Shown here: one piece after another, positions 50,944-63,000 of the stretch | How the letters are laid out: the number at the start of each line of letters is the position of its first letter | Position numbering within the stretch: the stretch's first letter is position 1 | The notes under the pieces: model-generated | Database searches by the model: none | Told to the model about the DNA's origin: nothing | What the model saw: the letters and a program-made list of their open reading frames with translations, nothing else | Position numbers and translations under genes: made by a program | Source of the DNA: Selaginella moellendorffii | Taxonomy: Eukaryota > Plantae > Lycopodiophyta | Direction: 5' to 3' | Length of the DNA stretch: 64,000 nt | Assembly (NCBI RefSeq): GCF_000143415.4 | Contig: NW_003314369.1 | Coordinates: 62,001-126,000 of the forward strand

Positions 50944-53767
50944 CCATACTAGGGCGTGGTGAGGGGAGGAGTATAGGGACACCTATATTCCGTTGTCATG
51001 AGCTCTTGGCCGGGGAGGCTAACTTAGGCACACCGCTAAGTGGGGGGATGCCCCCGGAGACATGGTCAACAAGTCGTAGGATAAAAAAGAGACGTTCGAT
51101 GTGGGCATCGAACTTCTTCTATGGGTGGTGGAGTTGTAAGGAACCAACTCGCCGAGGTGTCGTAGGCTAAAGGAACCCCGAAAGCATGACCAAAATGACA
51201 AAGAGTTCATCGGATGGGACCAAGTCAAAGATCGAGTCCAAGACCGACTCTAGGACCGAGTTCGAGATAGAGTCCGGAATCGAGTCCAAGACCGACTCGG
51301 GGACCGAGTTTGAGTCCGAGTTCGAGACCGAGTTCGAGACGGAGTCCAAGATCCGAAATCGGGTCCGAGACCGAGTCCGAAGTCGAGTCCGAGGTCGGGC
51401 CCGAGATCGGGTCCGAGATCGAGTCCGCGATCGAGTCCGAGACCGAATCCGAAGTCGGATCCGAAATCGGATCCGAGATCGAGCCAGAGACTAAGTCCAA
51501 ATACTAATACGGGTCAAGGGATGAAAGCCCAAAGCGTGCGTCCCCCAGGGGGGGGGGGGGCTGCAGGGGGTTCCAAAAGTATAGTAGGGATAGTGAGGTC
51601 CAGGAACCAGTTTTGAAGGGACTCTCCAGTTGGGCTTCCAAACCGACTTGAGGTTGGAACTGGGACTAAGGGGCCTTGGGTGGGAGTGAGCATGGACTTG
51701 GCTGGTGCCGGAGGGGCCATCCAAGGAAGTGCTCAAGAGCAGCTCCCACTCCCGAAAGGGAAACCGATTGCGGTGCTCCCGGCTCCTGTGGAGTGGTGCC
51801 CCACTTGAGTACCATGCGGCTCATTGGTCCTCGCCCTTCCTAGGGGCTTAGGCCTTCCTTCGGGATGGAAGTGGGGGGCGAGAGGTACCCATACCGGGCC
51901 GTTAGGCCACGGTGTTTCGCCCCGGCGTCCCGAAGCAAGTGTTGCACTCAAGACTTGGGATTTAGAGGGTCCCATGATCAAGTCTTGTGGTACCAAGGGA
52001 TGTTAGGAACCTGGAAGCTTGGTGTGCTTGGCTGCTTGTGCTTGCGGGGAGTGTAGCCGAACCTTGAATCCAGTCTAACCCGGGGAGGGGGATTGGGAGT
52101 GATTTGGGAATCCGTGGAAGGATGGCTAACACTCCGTTGCTCGTGCAGTGAGTAGCTGAAACCAAGTAGGAGCTGGTACCATAGGCGAGAACCTTGGTAA
52201 GGGAACTTAGCAAAAGCCAAGGCAGTGTTGGACGGATAGACGAGGTAAGCTGGCAAATTGGAAAGGAAAAATTTGTGGCTTACACTGCCGTCGTGGCAGT
52301 AAGGAAAGAGTGTCCATAAGGACTAGCCAACAGGTAACTTTTGATACTCGAAGTCACATTCGCGACAGATCTCGAGCTTGGGTTGCAGTCGCTGTAGGTG
52401 GTGCCAAGTCAAGCTTTTGACCTCATCATTGGTATAGATTGGTTGTAGTGCAATTATACCAAATGTGACTTTGAGGCTTTTCCCCCTTGTCTCATACTTC
52501 CTTATATTTCATCTATTCCTCTCACTTCTGTACTTCTTCGTTCCTCTACTTCCACCTCTGCTTCCATTACTTTTGTCCCCCCACTATTTCCTCCTATGTT
52601 TCCGTCTTGTTCTGCTCTTCCCTTTTTCGATCCCTCCAACAATCTTTGTGTTATAGCAGTTGACTGGCTCATGAAGGAATATTCTGATCTCTTTAAATTT
52701 GATCTATTGTCTAGGGCCAAGATTGCCACATGTCATCTGATTCCAACTAGGGATGCTCGTCCAATCAAGGTTCCTGTTCATCATCGGTCACCCAAAGAGA
52801 TCAAGATTTTACGGGCAAATGTCAAGGAGATGTTAGAGAAGGGTGTTATTTGGAAGTTGCGGAGTCCTTGGGCATGTGAACCTCATCTTATGACGAAGCC
52901 TAATGAAGTATTCATTTTTGCATTGACTATTGTTTGTTAAACAAAGTGATGATCCTGGATGTGTACCCTCTTCCTCACACTGTTGATCTCTTGGATCGTC
53001 TGGGGTGAAGTCGTTAATTCACCAAGCTAGATTTTGCTTTTGGGTATTGGCAAGTACTGATAGCCGAATAAGATATTCCTAAAACTTCTTTTTATACACT
53101 ATTTGGTTTGTATAAATTCTTGGTGATATTGTTTGGGTTGAACAATGCTCCAGCAACTTTCTAACGAATGATGGACGAAGTTCTTTGTGATATGCCGAAG
53201 GTGACTGCTGACTTCATTGATGATGTCTTGATCCACTCAGAAGGGACGTGGGAGGAGCACATTCATGATGTTTGTAAAGTGTTGGATTGGCTATGAAACG
53301 TTGGTTTAAAGTTGAAGCAGTCGAAGTGCATGTTTTGGACGAGGGCACAACTTATCTTGGATACCGTATTTTTCGTAACGGTTTGCAAGTTGATCCTGAC
53401 AAACTTCTGGCTATTCTAAAGTTCTCTACTCCGGAGTGTGTGAATGATGTGCAGCACTTCCTAAACAAGGTGCAATATCTCGATCGTTTTGTGGATCATT
53501 TTTTTGATCGCACTGCACCATTGTGTGTTTAGGGATGGTGGGTAGGTCAAATATGGTTAACTAACCTGAAGCATAGTCTAACTTTTGCTTGTGTGTCTAT
53601 TTTTATTAAGTGTCTAGCTTGGATCTAAGCCCAAGTTCCACACTATGCTAATTGATGGAATACCCATATCCTTGCGTTAGGCCATCGATATAATGAAATA
53701 GTGCTAAACTCCATTTGACTTTGTTTTGCATGTTAGTTCTGGCATTTAGATGTTAAAAGCTCTAGGA

Positions 53768-55194
53768 TGTAAACCACTGAATTTGGTCTTCCCAAGAGGT
53801 CACTTAGCCCAGTACTGTTTAAACCCAAGAACTTTTAACCCTAAGTATCCTAAAACCCTTAACTGATTGAAAAAAAGGGTTTTATTCATGGGCCTTATCC
53901 CTCTATATTTGAACTTATATGGATTGTTTCTCGAGTTGTTCCCTTTGGTTGTTTATAATCCACCACGCTTCACTACAAGTTTATGCCCTCATGAATAGAA
54001 CCTAAGAGTTGCAGCTCTCCCAAGAGCTTCGCTCTCTTGACACCTTACCCCTCAAGTCAAGCCCAACTAAAGCAAACTAGACCAGTTAGATGTCAATCAA
54101 TTGTAAGCGACTAAATTTTTCTATTCTACTTTAGTCACTTAACCACACGTCCGACCACTTGGAGGAGTCTCATTCACAACCTCCATAAGTCCCACTTAGG
54201 ACTTGGGGCTTGCTAGCCCTGAGAATGGCATCCATGCCACTCAACTTTTGCACTTGGTCCCAGTGCTCCACATGTCTGGTCCCATGACCGACATGCCAAG
54301 GCACCACCAACATACCAGCTTGTTACGCTAGACCATGCCCAATCACCTTGGTCACATCAGTGGCCCAACACCACCTGCATTGCAATCCCGTCTCTCCAAG
54401 ACTGGGCCACCCGTCCATGAGTGGTCATCCCAGATCCACTCTTTTAGGATGCCCGCAGACATGGGGAATAGCCTTCCCCAATATCTCCTTTCTAGTCCCC
54501 ACCAAGTCCCTTCCTGTCCTTGGCCGTGTTTGCCAACACTGCCACTAGATTAAGGCCCACAGGCCCGACCACTAAGTCCCACGGTCCTCTGGGACTTCCT
54601 CACTGCACGACTGTATCCTTAGTCACTATATCAGAGGACTACTCCTCTTCCTTTCCACAGTCTGGGCCTTTGGGACAATATTTCGGAACACCGTGGCCTT
54701 ACGCAAGCCTCATGGGTACTCTCCCTGCTTTTCGCCTTTGGGTGCTCTAGCCATGGGCTTAGAGCAAGGTTCCGTTGAGCCACACCTGGTATCCAAGTAG
54801 GTAGTGCCACCCACACTTGGACTGGGAGCATCGGCCAGTCAATCTCCCGGGGGAACTAGAGCTGGCTCTTGAACACTTCACCAAGTTACCCTGTTTGTCG
54901 ATCCATGTTCACTCTAGTCTTGGACTTCCCAGTGGGCAGCTTATCACCCAATACTGGGTCCGGCCTTCCTAGGCCAAACTAGCCTTTCCTGGCCAAACTG
55001 GCTCCACTGCAGTCATCCCCCTTACTATACTTTTGGAGCTCACCAAACCGCCCAGGGTCTGGGAGACAAACGCTTTGGGCTTTCACCCTCTCAGACTTGA
55101 ACTTGGACTCAGACTCGAACTCGGGCTTGGGCTTAGGCTCGGGCTCGGGCTCGGGCTCGGTCTCAGTCTCGGTCTCGGTCTCGGTCTCGGTCTT

Positions 55195-55229
<35 letters not shown>

Positions 55230-55628
55230 TGGTTCCGGTCCCGGTCTCAGTCTCGGCCAGTCGATCTCCTGGGGGAACTAGAGCTGGCTCTTGAACACTT
55301 CACCAAACTACCTTGCTTGTCGATCCGTGTTCACTCTAGTCTTGGACTTCCCAGTGGGCAGCTCATCACCCAATACTGGGTCCAGCCTTCCTGGGCCAAA
55401 CTGGCCTTTCCTGGCCAAACTGGCTCCACTACAGTCCTCCCCCTTACTATACTTTTGGAGCTCACCAAACCCCCCAGGGTTTGGGAAACGAACGTTTTGG
55501 GCTTTCACCCTCTCAGACTCGAACTTGGACTCGGACTCGGACTTGGACTCGGACTCGGACTCAGACTTGAACTTGGGCTTGGGCTCGGGCTCGGTCTCGG
55601 TCTCGGTCTCAGTCCTGGTCCCGGTCTT

Positions 55629-55662
<34 letters not shown>

Positions 55663-56505
55663 CCGGTCTCAGTCCCGATCTCGGTCTCGACCTCGGACTC
55701 CATCTCGGATTCCATCTCGGGTCCATCTCAAACTCCATCTCGGACTGCACCTCGGACTCCAACTCAGGTCCATCTCGGACTCCATCTTGGATTCCATCTT
55801 GGGTCCATCTTGGTCCATCTCGGACTCCACCTTGGACTCCAACTCGGGCCCATCTCGGACTCCATCTCGGACTCCACCTCAGACTCCAACTCGGGTCCAT
55901 CTCGGACTCCATCTCGGACTCCACCTCAGACTCCAACTCGGGTCCATCTCGGACTCCATCTCGGATTCCATCTCGGGTCCATCTTGGTCCATCTTGAACT
56001 CCATTTCGGACTCCACCTCGGACTCCAACTCGGGTCCATCTCAAACACTTCCACGTGTCATGTGTTGGTCCCTTTGGGTCCCTTTTTGGAGCCTCGCTTA
56101 TTGCTTGCTTCATGCTCGTTCCTTGAGCACTCCGTTGGGAGTTTCACTCCCGCTCTCAACCTTTCAAGTCGGAGCCTTTTAGTCCAAACGTGTTATGCTT
56201 GTTTGGCTTTTGCTTCAGCCACTACCATGTGGCACCCTTTCGGCTCCCTAAGGATTTTGTGTCTCACATCAACATATGGTGTGATTCCCTTAACCAACTA
56301 ACAAAGTTAGACCCAAGACCCCTTTGATACCAAATGTAAGCTCTTGGATTTGGTCTTCCTAGAAGGTCACCCAACGGTTAATGCTAAATATCTTATGACC
56401 CTTAACCGATTGAAAAAAGGGGTGCACTCTTGTTCATAAGCCCTTTTCTTTTATATTTGAACTTATATGAATCGTCTTTTGAATTGTTCCTTTTGGTTAT
56501 TTATA
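53768..56505 (-). mobile_element. Element F: TRIM-like non-autonomous element (~170-190-bp LTRs at 53768-~53957 and 56335-56505, ~200-bp interior)
   Basis: Both LTRs share atttggtcttcc..ggtcac..acccttaac.gattgaaaaaaggg..tatatttgaacttatatg; PBS reverse complement tttgatacca at ~56323-56332; PPT-like atccaccac; degenerate TSD TAGGA/TAAAA. Confidence 0.65.
54102..56268 (-). mobile_element. Element E: solo LTR related to family C, with an internal ~420-bp tandem duplication and expanded hexamer arrays
   Basis: Terminus tgtaagcgactaaattttt resembles the reverse complement of the C LTR end; 54833-55095 is repeated at 55255-55517; (GGTCTC)n and (GGACTCCATCTC)n arrays; TSD TCAAT/TCAAC. Confidence 0.65.
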
Positions 56506-56999
56506 TAAAACTGTTCCAAAGTCACTCCATACTCTTGTCCTTTCACTCCTTAAGCTAATGCTCAAAAGTCACTCCATACTCCAGTTCTTTGGCTCTTTGG
56601 CTGTAAGCTTAGGGGTTTGGCTTGGTTCCTTCATTTAGCTGTTTAAGGCCCTAAAACTCAAGTTCCACTCTACTATCCTTTGGACACGTGGCATGTGGCA
56701 TGTGGCACATGAATGGTTTAGTTTCCACTTCATGGTTATTCTATATTGAACCATCATAGGATAAAGGGTGAAATCCATGTGTGCTACATTCTAATAAGAT
56801 ATTAAACTAATAGAATGGATTTAAGAGTTTGAGTCAATCCAAGTCATGGAGAATTAATAATACTACTATAAGCTAAAACATTTGAATACCTCAAGAAAAT
56901 GTGATCTAATATGAAGTGAATATGTATAAAAGTCTTCATAGCATATATTTCTTATAAATATCTAAGTCATATTATATTTGACTACTATAGTTTAACATC

Positions 57000-58700
57000 A
57001 AGAACCCCTATATCCAGAAAAACAAAACTTACCAACATGATAATATGATATTTCATGAGCATTCCTGGACTTGCAAGTGGTTTGACACTCCCAAGTATCT
57101 ATGGCAACATCATAGACTGGATAGATCTTTGTTTTTGTTCCTGTAAGGCAATAGCTTGGAGCCTTATGAAAAATCAAAATTTATCACAGTCTATTCTAGG
57201 GTTTGGATACTACAAAAGTGAGTTTATCATATATAGATAGGTGTTAAATGCTAATCTATAGGCTTAATTTATAAATTAGATCAAGAATAAACTTCCTTCA
57301 CTATATATATAGAACACTAATACAAGAGAAGGAGATGAGAAACAATATTTTCCTGAGCATGATGTTTTTGTGTCCAAGATCACTGGAAAATAAAAATAAA
57401 AGTAATTATTTTTCTTAATTCTTAAAGACTAGAAAATTATAATAGCCATTTGCAACTTCTTAAGAGCTCTTCTAATGATTGGAGTCGCTGTAGGTAGTGT
57501 TATTGCAATGTAGTCTGTGAGTGGGATGCCTTCTACCTCTACTAGTTCACATTGCATTGACAAGTCAATAAACTAATAAGAACTGAAAGCAAATTAAGAT
57601 ATATTTTGGAAAAACACTAAATTGTATGTTGATATCACCAAATTTATTGGAGACAAGGTTGTGTAAATTAATTTTCTTCAGTTATCTAGGTGTTGGGGTC
57701 TACATATAAAATCCAACTACTACATGGCAACAAATATGTGATTGCATATAGAGCACTGTATAATTAACATTTATAAATATATTTCTTTTGTTGAGTTATA
57801 TACAACAATATTATACATACAATCACATTTCAAGTGTTATAAAAGTATTTGAAATATGATTGTGTTTTATCATTGGAATATGCTATATATCTATAAGGTA
57901 TGACACTTTCAACTACCATGCAAGATTGATACCACATCATCTAAGATAATATGATGTATTTATGTGCAGTTGGGGTTTTTTTGCCTTATTCTTATGTTAT
58001 TAACTATGCATATGTTTCATTCACATTTTATTTCTTGTAGTTGTGCTTATTTCTCACAACTTTAAGGCATATTTAGATCACTGCACTCCTTAGTATAAGC
58101 ATAGTGCTTCAATAGCTTTTGCAACTACCTTTCATTTTTTATAGCCTATTTATTGATACAAAGGCAAGTGTAATCAATTGGTGTGGAGGCAAACATGATC
58201 AAAGAACTTTTTAAAATTTACTTATAAAGTGTTTTCCATTACCCTTACTAAAAAGAGTTCCCCAAACACACAATGATAGCAAATTTAGTCTATGACATTT
58301 AAAAGGCACTCAAAATTTAATTTGTATATTGGAAAAAAAGATGTCACACTTAATATGGTGGTGAAACTACCTATATTAGGGCATTGCATTGCAAACAATC
58401 CACAAAACATAATGGGTATTTGTGAGAGTGATCAAAGCATAGTACTTACATTATTTGAAATACACCTCCAAGCAATGAGAAATGAGCTATAACCATGTGA
58501 AATGAAAGGAGAAAAATTATCATAAATTTGCATTTAATAGCACAAGAATGAGACTACAAAACCTTCATTAAATTTGCAGTGATGTTATGTTGTTTGAGAT
58601 GATGTGACATCAGTTTTGTATGGCAATCTAAGGTGTTATAGCTCATGTATACATGGCATATCCCATGAAAATATTATACACATAATGAAGTTCAATTGCT
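57000..58700 (+). mobile_element. Possible highly decayed DNA-transposon (hAT-like) relic
   Basis: Only faint motif echoes (IGVAVGSVIAM ~57478; VIAYRA ~57738); no ORF. Confidence 0.15.
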
Positions 58701-58769
58701 TATATAGAAAGCAAAAAGTGATTGTGTCTATAATATTTTTGCATATAACTCAAATAAATCCACACTATT

Positions 58770-60095
58770 AGGTCCAAGTGTATGGCTATGATGTTGTATA
58801 TTAATATTAAAGTAGTGGGATTTTGATAGCCATCAGATTCGTTTTAATCTAGACCACTTACTCTTGTATATAAGCTAAAGTTTTTGGGGTAATTGATATG
58901 CACATTTTTATATTTCATTTATATATTTCATGCACTCATGTAACATACGTAACCTTGAGATGAGATTTAGATTCACCATCACTATAGATCTTTGGAACTT
59001 TAGGGAATAAATGGGGAGAGGGGGGTACAAGAATTCCAAAAGTATAATAAAGAGAGTGAAACCAATTTGGTCAGGAAAGGCTAGTGTGACTTAAGAAGGC
59101 TACACCCATGTAATGGGTAATGATATAATTATTAAAGAGTCCAAGGCCAAAGTGAACACAGATGGACAAATAAAGTAACTTAGTGTAGTGTTCAAAAGTC
59201 GGTTCTACCTCCCCCAAGTTGAATAGTCAGTGCTTCCAATCTAAGTGTGAGTGGCACTACTTACTTGGATACCTGGCATGGTTATATTTGCTCTAACTAT
59301 ATAAATAAGGTACCTAAAGGTGGAACAGGGTGGGGGGGAGTAACCATGAAATTTGTGTAAAGCTATGGTGTTTCGAAATGTCATCCCAAAGTCCCAAACT
59401 ATGGAAAAGAAGAGGATAGTCCTTCTGCATAATAATCAAAGATATTTTCATGTGGTAAAGAAGTCTCAAAGGTCAATGGGACTGGCTTTTAAGCCCTAAC
59501 CCCAAGGTAGTGTTGGCAAGAATTATTGTAAATGGATAAGGATTTCATGAGAACTGAAGAAAAGATATTGGGAAAGGGTGTTCTCCATGTCTCCAAGCAT
59601 TTTAAAGATGCTAAGGTGTATTCATAAGATGACCACTCATGGATGGATGGCTCAGTCTTTGGGAGATAGGACTGTGGTATGAGTGGTCTTGGACTACCAA
59701 TGAGATAAACACAAATAGACATAACTTTAGCTTAAAAAACGAATAAACAAGTTGATATGTCAGTGGTACTTTTGGAAATTTATAGTGGGATTGGACACAT
59801 GGAGCACTTGGACCAAGTGCAAAGGCAGAGTAGGTGTAATTGCTCGATACTATGTGGTTGCAGTTTAACAATCACACTTAGTTAATGGCAACATTTACTA
59901 CACAGAGTACAATTCCTCTTACTCTTACTACCAATCTTTATATCCAACTAAAGTTTTTTATAGGAATCTTAGGGATGATGTGTACCACTAGTTTGATTAC
60001 CACCTATCATTCTTAGAATAATGCTTGACATTTGCATAAGTTTCCCACATATCTCTAAGAGATAATATTGTAATGGTACAATAGTTCAAGCGCAG
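58770..60095 (+). mobile_element. Second, more decayed A-family copy (LTR ~58770-58938; gag relic ~59890-60095), interrupted by a degenerate E-family LTR (~58939-59870)
   Basis: ccaagtgtatggcta..tatgcacatttt matches 35955-36120; 59908-60095 matches 36427-36630; ggcactacttacttggatacc and gatgaccactcatgga are reverse complements of E-LTR segments. Confidence 0.75.
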
Positions 60096-63000
60096 TGTAA
60101 GGAACCAACTCGCCGAGGTGTCGTAGGCTAAGGGAACCCCGAAAGCATGACCAAAATGACAAAGAGTTCATCGGATGGGACCAAGTCAAAGATCGAGTCC
60201 AAGACCGACTCTAGGACCGAGTTCGAGATCGAGTCCGGAATCGAGTCCGAGACCGACTCGGGGACTGAGTTCGAGTCCGAGTTCGAGACCGAGTTCGAGA
60301 CGGAGTCCGAGATCCGAAATCGGGTCCGAGACCGAGTCCGAAGTCGAGTCCGAGGTCGGGCCCGAGATCGGGTCCGAGATCGAGTCCGCGATCGAGTCCG
60401 AGACCGAATCCGAAGTCGGATCCGAAATCGGATTCGAGATCGAGCCAGAGACTAAGTCCAAATACTAATACGGGTCAAGGGGTGAAAGCCCAAAGCGTGA
60501 GTCCCCCAGGGGGGGGGGGCTGCAGGGGGTTCCAAAAGTATAGTAGGGATAGTGAGGTCCAGGAACCAGTTTAGAAGGGACTCTCCAGTGGGGCTCCCAA
60601 ACTGACTTGAGGTTGGGACTGGGACCGAGGGGCCTTGGGTGGGAGTGAGCATGGACTTGGTTGGTGCCGGAGGGGCCATCCAAGGAAGTGCTCAAGAGCA
60701 GCTCCCACTCCCGAAAGGGAAACCGATTGCGGTGCTCCCGGCTCAAGTGGAGTGGGGCCCCACTTGAGTACCATGCGGCTCATTGGTCCTCGCCCTTCCT
60801 AGGGGCTTGGGCCTTCCTTCGGGATGGAAGTGGGGGGCGAGAGGTACCCATACCGGGCCGCTAGGCCACGGTGTTTCGCCCCGGCGTCCCGAAGCAAGTG
60901 TTGCACTCAAGACTTGGGATTTAGAGGGTCCCATGATCAAGTCTTGTGGTACCAAAGGATGTTAGGAACCTGGAAGCTTGGTGTGCTTGGCTGCTTGTGC
61001 TTGCGGGGAGTGTAGCCGAACCTTAAGTCCAGTCTAACTCGGGGAGGGGGATTGGGAGTGATTTGGGAATCCATGGATGGTGGCTAACACTCCGTTGCTC
61101 GTGCAGTGAGTAGCTGAGACCAAGTAGGAGCTGGTACCATAGGCGAGAACCTTGGCAAGGGAACTTAGCAAAAGCCAAGGCGGTGTTGGTCGGATAGGCG
61201 AGGTAAGCTGGCAAATTAGAAAGGAAAAATTTGTGGCTTACAATTTGGTATCGGAGCCTTTATCTCAGTTCTAGCGAAGGATAGAGGCGGATTGCTGGGA
61301 GATGGCAAGGGCAGGGCGTAAGCGAACCCAGGCGGAGACGGAACCTCCGCCGGAGCTGGAGCCTCCGGTCGAACAAGAGGCTATGGATGAGGAATCCTTG
61401 CATGAGGAGGACTCTAGTGAGGAAACTTCCAAACAGGAGTCCGGTGGCGAGGTTTGGTCGTCCAAGGCTCGATTGGACGTGCTAGAAGGACAGTTGGCAC
61501 AGACCAATGCCCTGCTGGAAACTCTCGTACGCAAGCTAAAGCATGACGAGAGGCGGAAGAAAAAGAAAAAGACTGCGGATGCTGGCAGCGCAAAAGGTGC
61601 GGATCTTTCGGCCGGGACTGAGGCAAAACCAGACAAGGTCGAACAGACCGAAGTGGAATCAGTCCCTCAGGCAGTTCCCAAGTACAAACCAAAACCCCCA
61701 CCGGTGTTCAAGGGAGTGAACGACTATAAGGTTGTGGAGGATTGGTTTTACGATATGGAGGACTACTTCCGAGCGTTGCGGTTACCGAGCTCGGAGAAGG
61801 TCCCATGTGCAAAACCATACTTGGCAGATAATGCCAAGTCTTGGTGGAGAACAACGGAGGCCAACGAAGGACCGGTGGCCACCTGGGACATGATGAAAGC
61901 GAGGATCCGCGCGACATACGTTCCTCCGAATGCCACTCTGCATCTGAGAGATGAGTTGAGTAGGCTGAAGCAGACTGGAACCATCCAGGAATATGTGAAT
62001 GGGTTCATGGCAAAGAGGATACTTGTCACGGACATGGGGGATATGGATGCGTTCCATGCCTTTATATCAGGTTTGCAAACCTGGGCTCGCGGTGAGGTGA
62101 TGCGCTGGAACCCGACCAACTACAAGGAAGCGTTGGATGCGGCCATCAAGGTGCATTTCAACGATAACCTGCGAAAGGGGAACACGACGGGGTCGGGATC
62201 CACGTTTCACAAAGGGGCCAAACCGAGGGGAACATATAGCAAGGGGAAATTCAAGAAGAGTTTCTCTAAGAATGAGTCCTCGGGGTTCCGGAAAGGCAAA
62301 GCCGGTGGCCAGCGAGCGAGTACGTGGGGAAGTCAAGCGAAAAAAGACAAACCCACGGATAAGAAGGTCAAGTCGTATAGCAGCGTGGGCAACAACGTAT
62401 GCTACAACTGCGGCGAAGCGGGACACTTCTCGAGGGAATGTCCCTACCCGAAGAAGGCCAGAGCCAATATGGCCATCAAGTCGGGTGAAGTCCAAACTGA
62501 GGTATGTGATCCAGTCCCTAACTCAAAGTTACTCATTACACGAGCAACTTTGGTAGAGAGTCGTTCGCGACATCTACTAGCCCTCCGAGGGAAGCTCGGA
62601 GGTAGCTTTGTTAAGATCCTTATTGACACGGGTGCTTCGGATAATTTTGTGGCTGCAGACATAGTCCGGCAAGCCGGACTAACGGTGCAGCGGCTAGGCG
62701 AACCAAGGACTATAGAGTTTGTTCAAGGTAGCCAAAGCACCGATGAGGTACTTCGACAAGCGAGAGTCGAAGTGGGGACATGGAAAGTGGAGATGGATTT
62801 CACCGTCTTGGACATGGCGGGATTTGACGTGATCTTCGGAATGGATTGGTTTAATCGGTTCGTGGTAGCCCTGCATGGACAAGGTAGGAACCTTGTGGTA
62901 TTGGCGAATGCCCAAGGAAGAAGATCTAGGGTGGAGGCCCAGGATCTAAAGGTAGGGCAAAGCAAGGCCAAAGAGTCATGCTTAAACCTGGTGTCCACGA

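Larger units (their letters stand above)
44752..52284 (+). mobile_element. Element C: young full-length Ty3/gypsy chromovirus. LTRs 44752-45899 and 51135-52284; PBS 45903-45914; TSD CTGCC
   Basis: CTGCC at 44747-44751 and 52285-52289; TG..CA LTRs differ by ~9 substitutions plus G-run length (counted by eye); PBS TGGTATCGGAGC (iMet, 1 mismatch); PPT gggtggtggag. Confidence 0.97.
37565..52367 (-). mobile_element. Element B: LTR element with a decayed ~5-kb interior (LARD-like). 3' LTR 37565-38694; 5' LTR 43677-52367, split by element C; TSD GATCT
   Basis: GATCT at 37560-37564 and 52368-52372; LTRs tgtagc...cgcgaca; tRNA-iMet PBS (reverse complement ctctgatacca at 43664-43674); PPT reverse complement ctctcctcccct at 38695. 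Confidence 0.9.
35949..53530 (+). mobile_element. Element A: old, decayed Ty3/gypsy retrotransposon hosting the nest. 5' LTR 35949-36123, tRNA-Ala-type PBS; gag/PR ~36335-37564; PR/RT resumes 52373-53530; 3' end truncated
   Basis: 175-bp TG..CA LTR followed by TGGTGGAGGTGAGGGG; gag CLQGIALQWY; Zn knuckle CWACDEVGH; PR VLVDTG, continuing as FDLIIGIDWL after the insert; [35 protein letters not shown], with many stops. Confidence 0.85.
53531..56788 (+). mobile_element. Partial B-family LTR in the opposite orientation to element B (pieces 53531-53767 and 56506-56788)
   Basis: Reverse complement of 37565-38085 (ctaagcccaagttcca, tacccatatccttgcgttaggcca, ...ccatgtgtgctaca). Confidence 0.75.

Noticed and set aside
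55033-56301. Long ORFs (336, 226 and 202 aa) with LG, SV and SD repeats
   Set aside because: By-products of stop-free hexamer arrays inside an LTR.
58770-58938. Possible 3' LTR closing element A
   Set aside because: It is followed, after an inserted LTR, by gag-like sequence matching 36427-36630, so it is the 5' LTR of a second copy; no PPT or matching TSD was seen.
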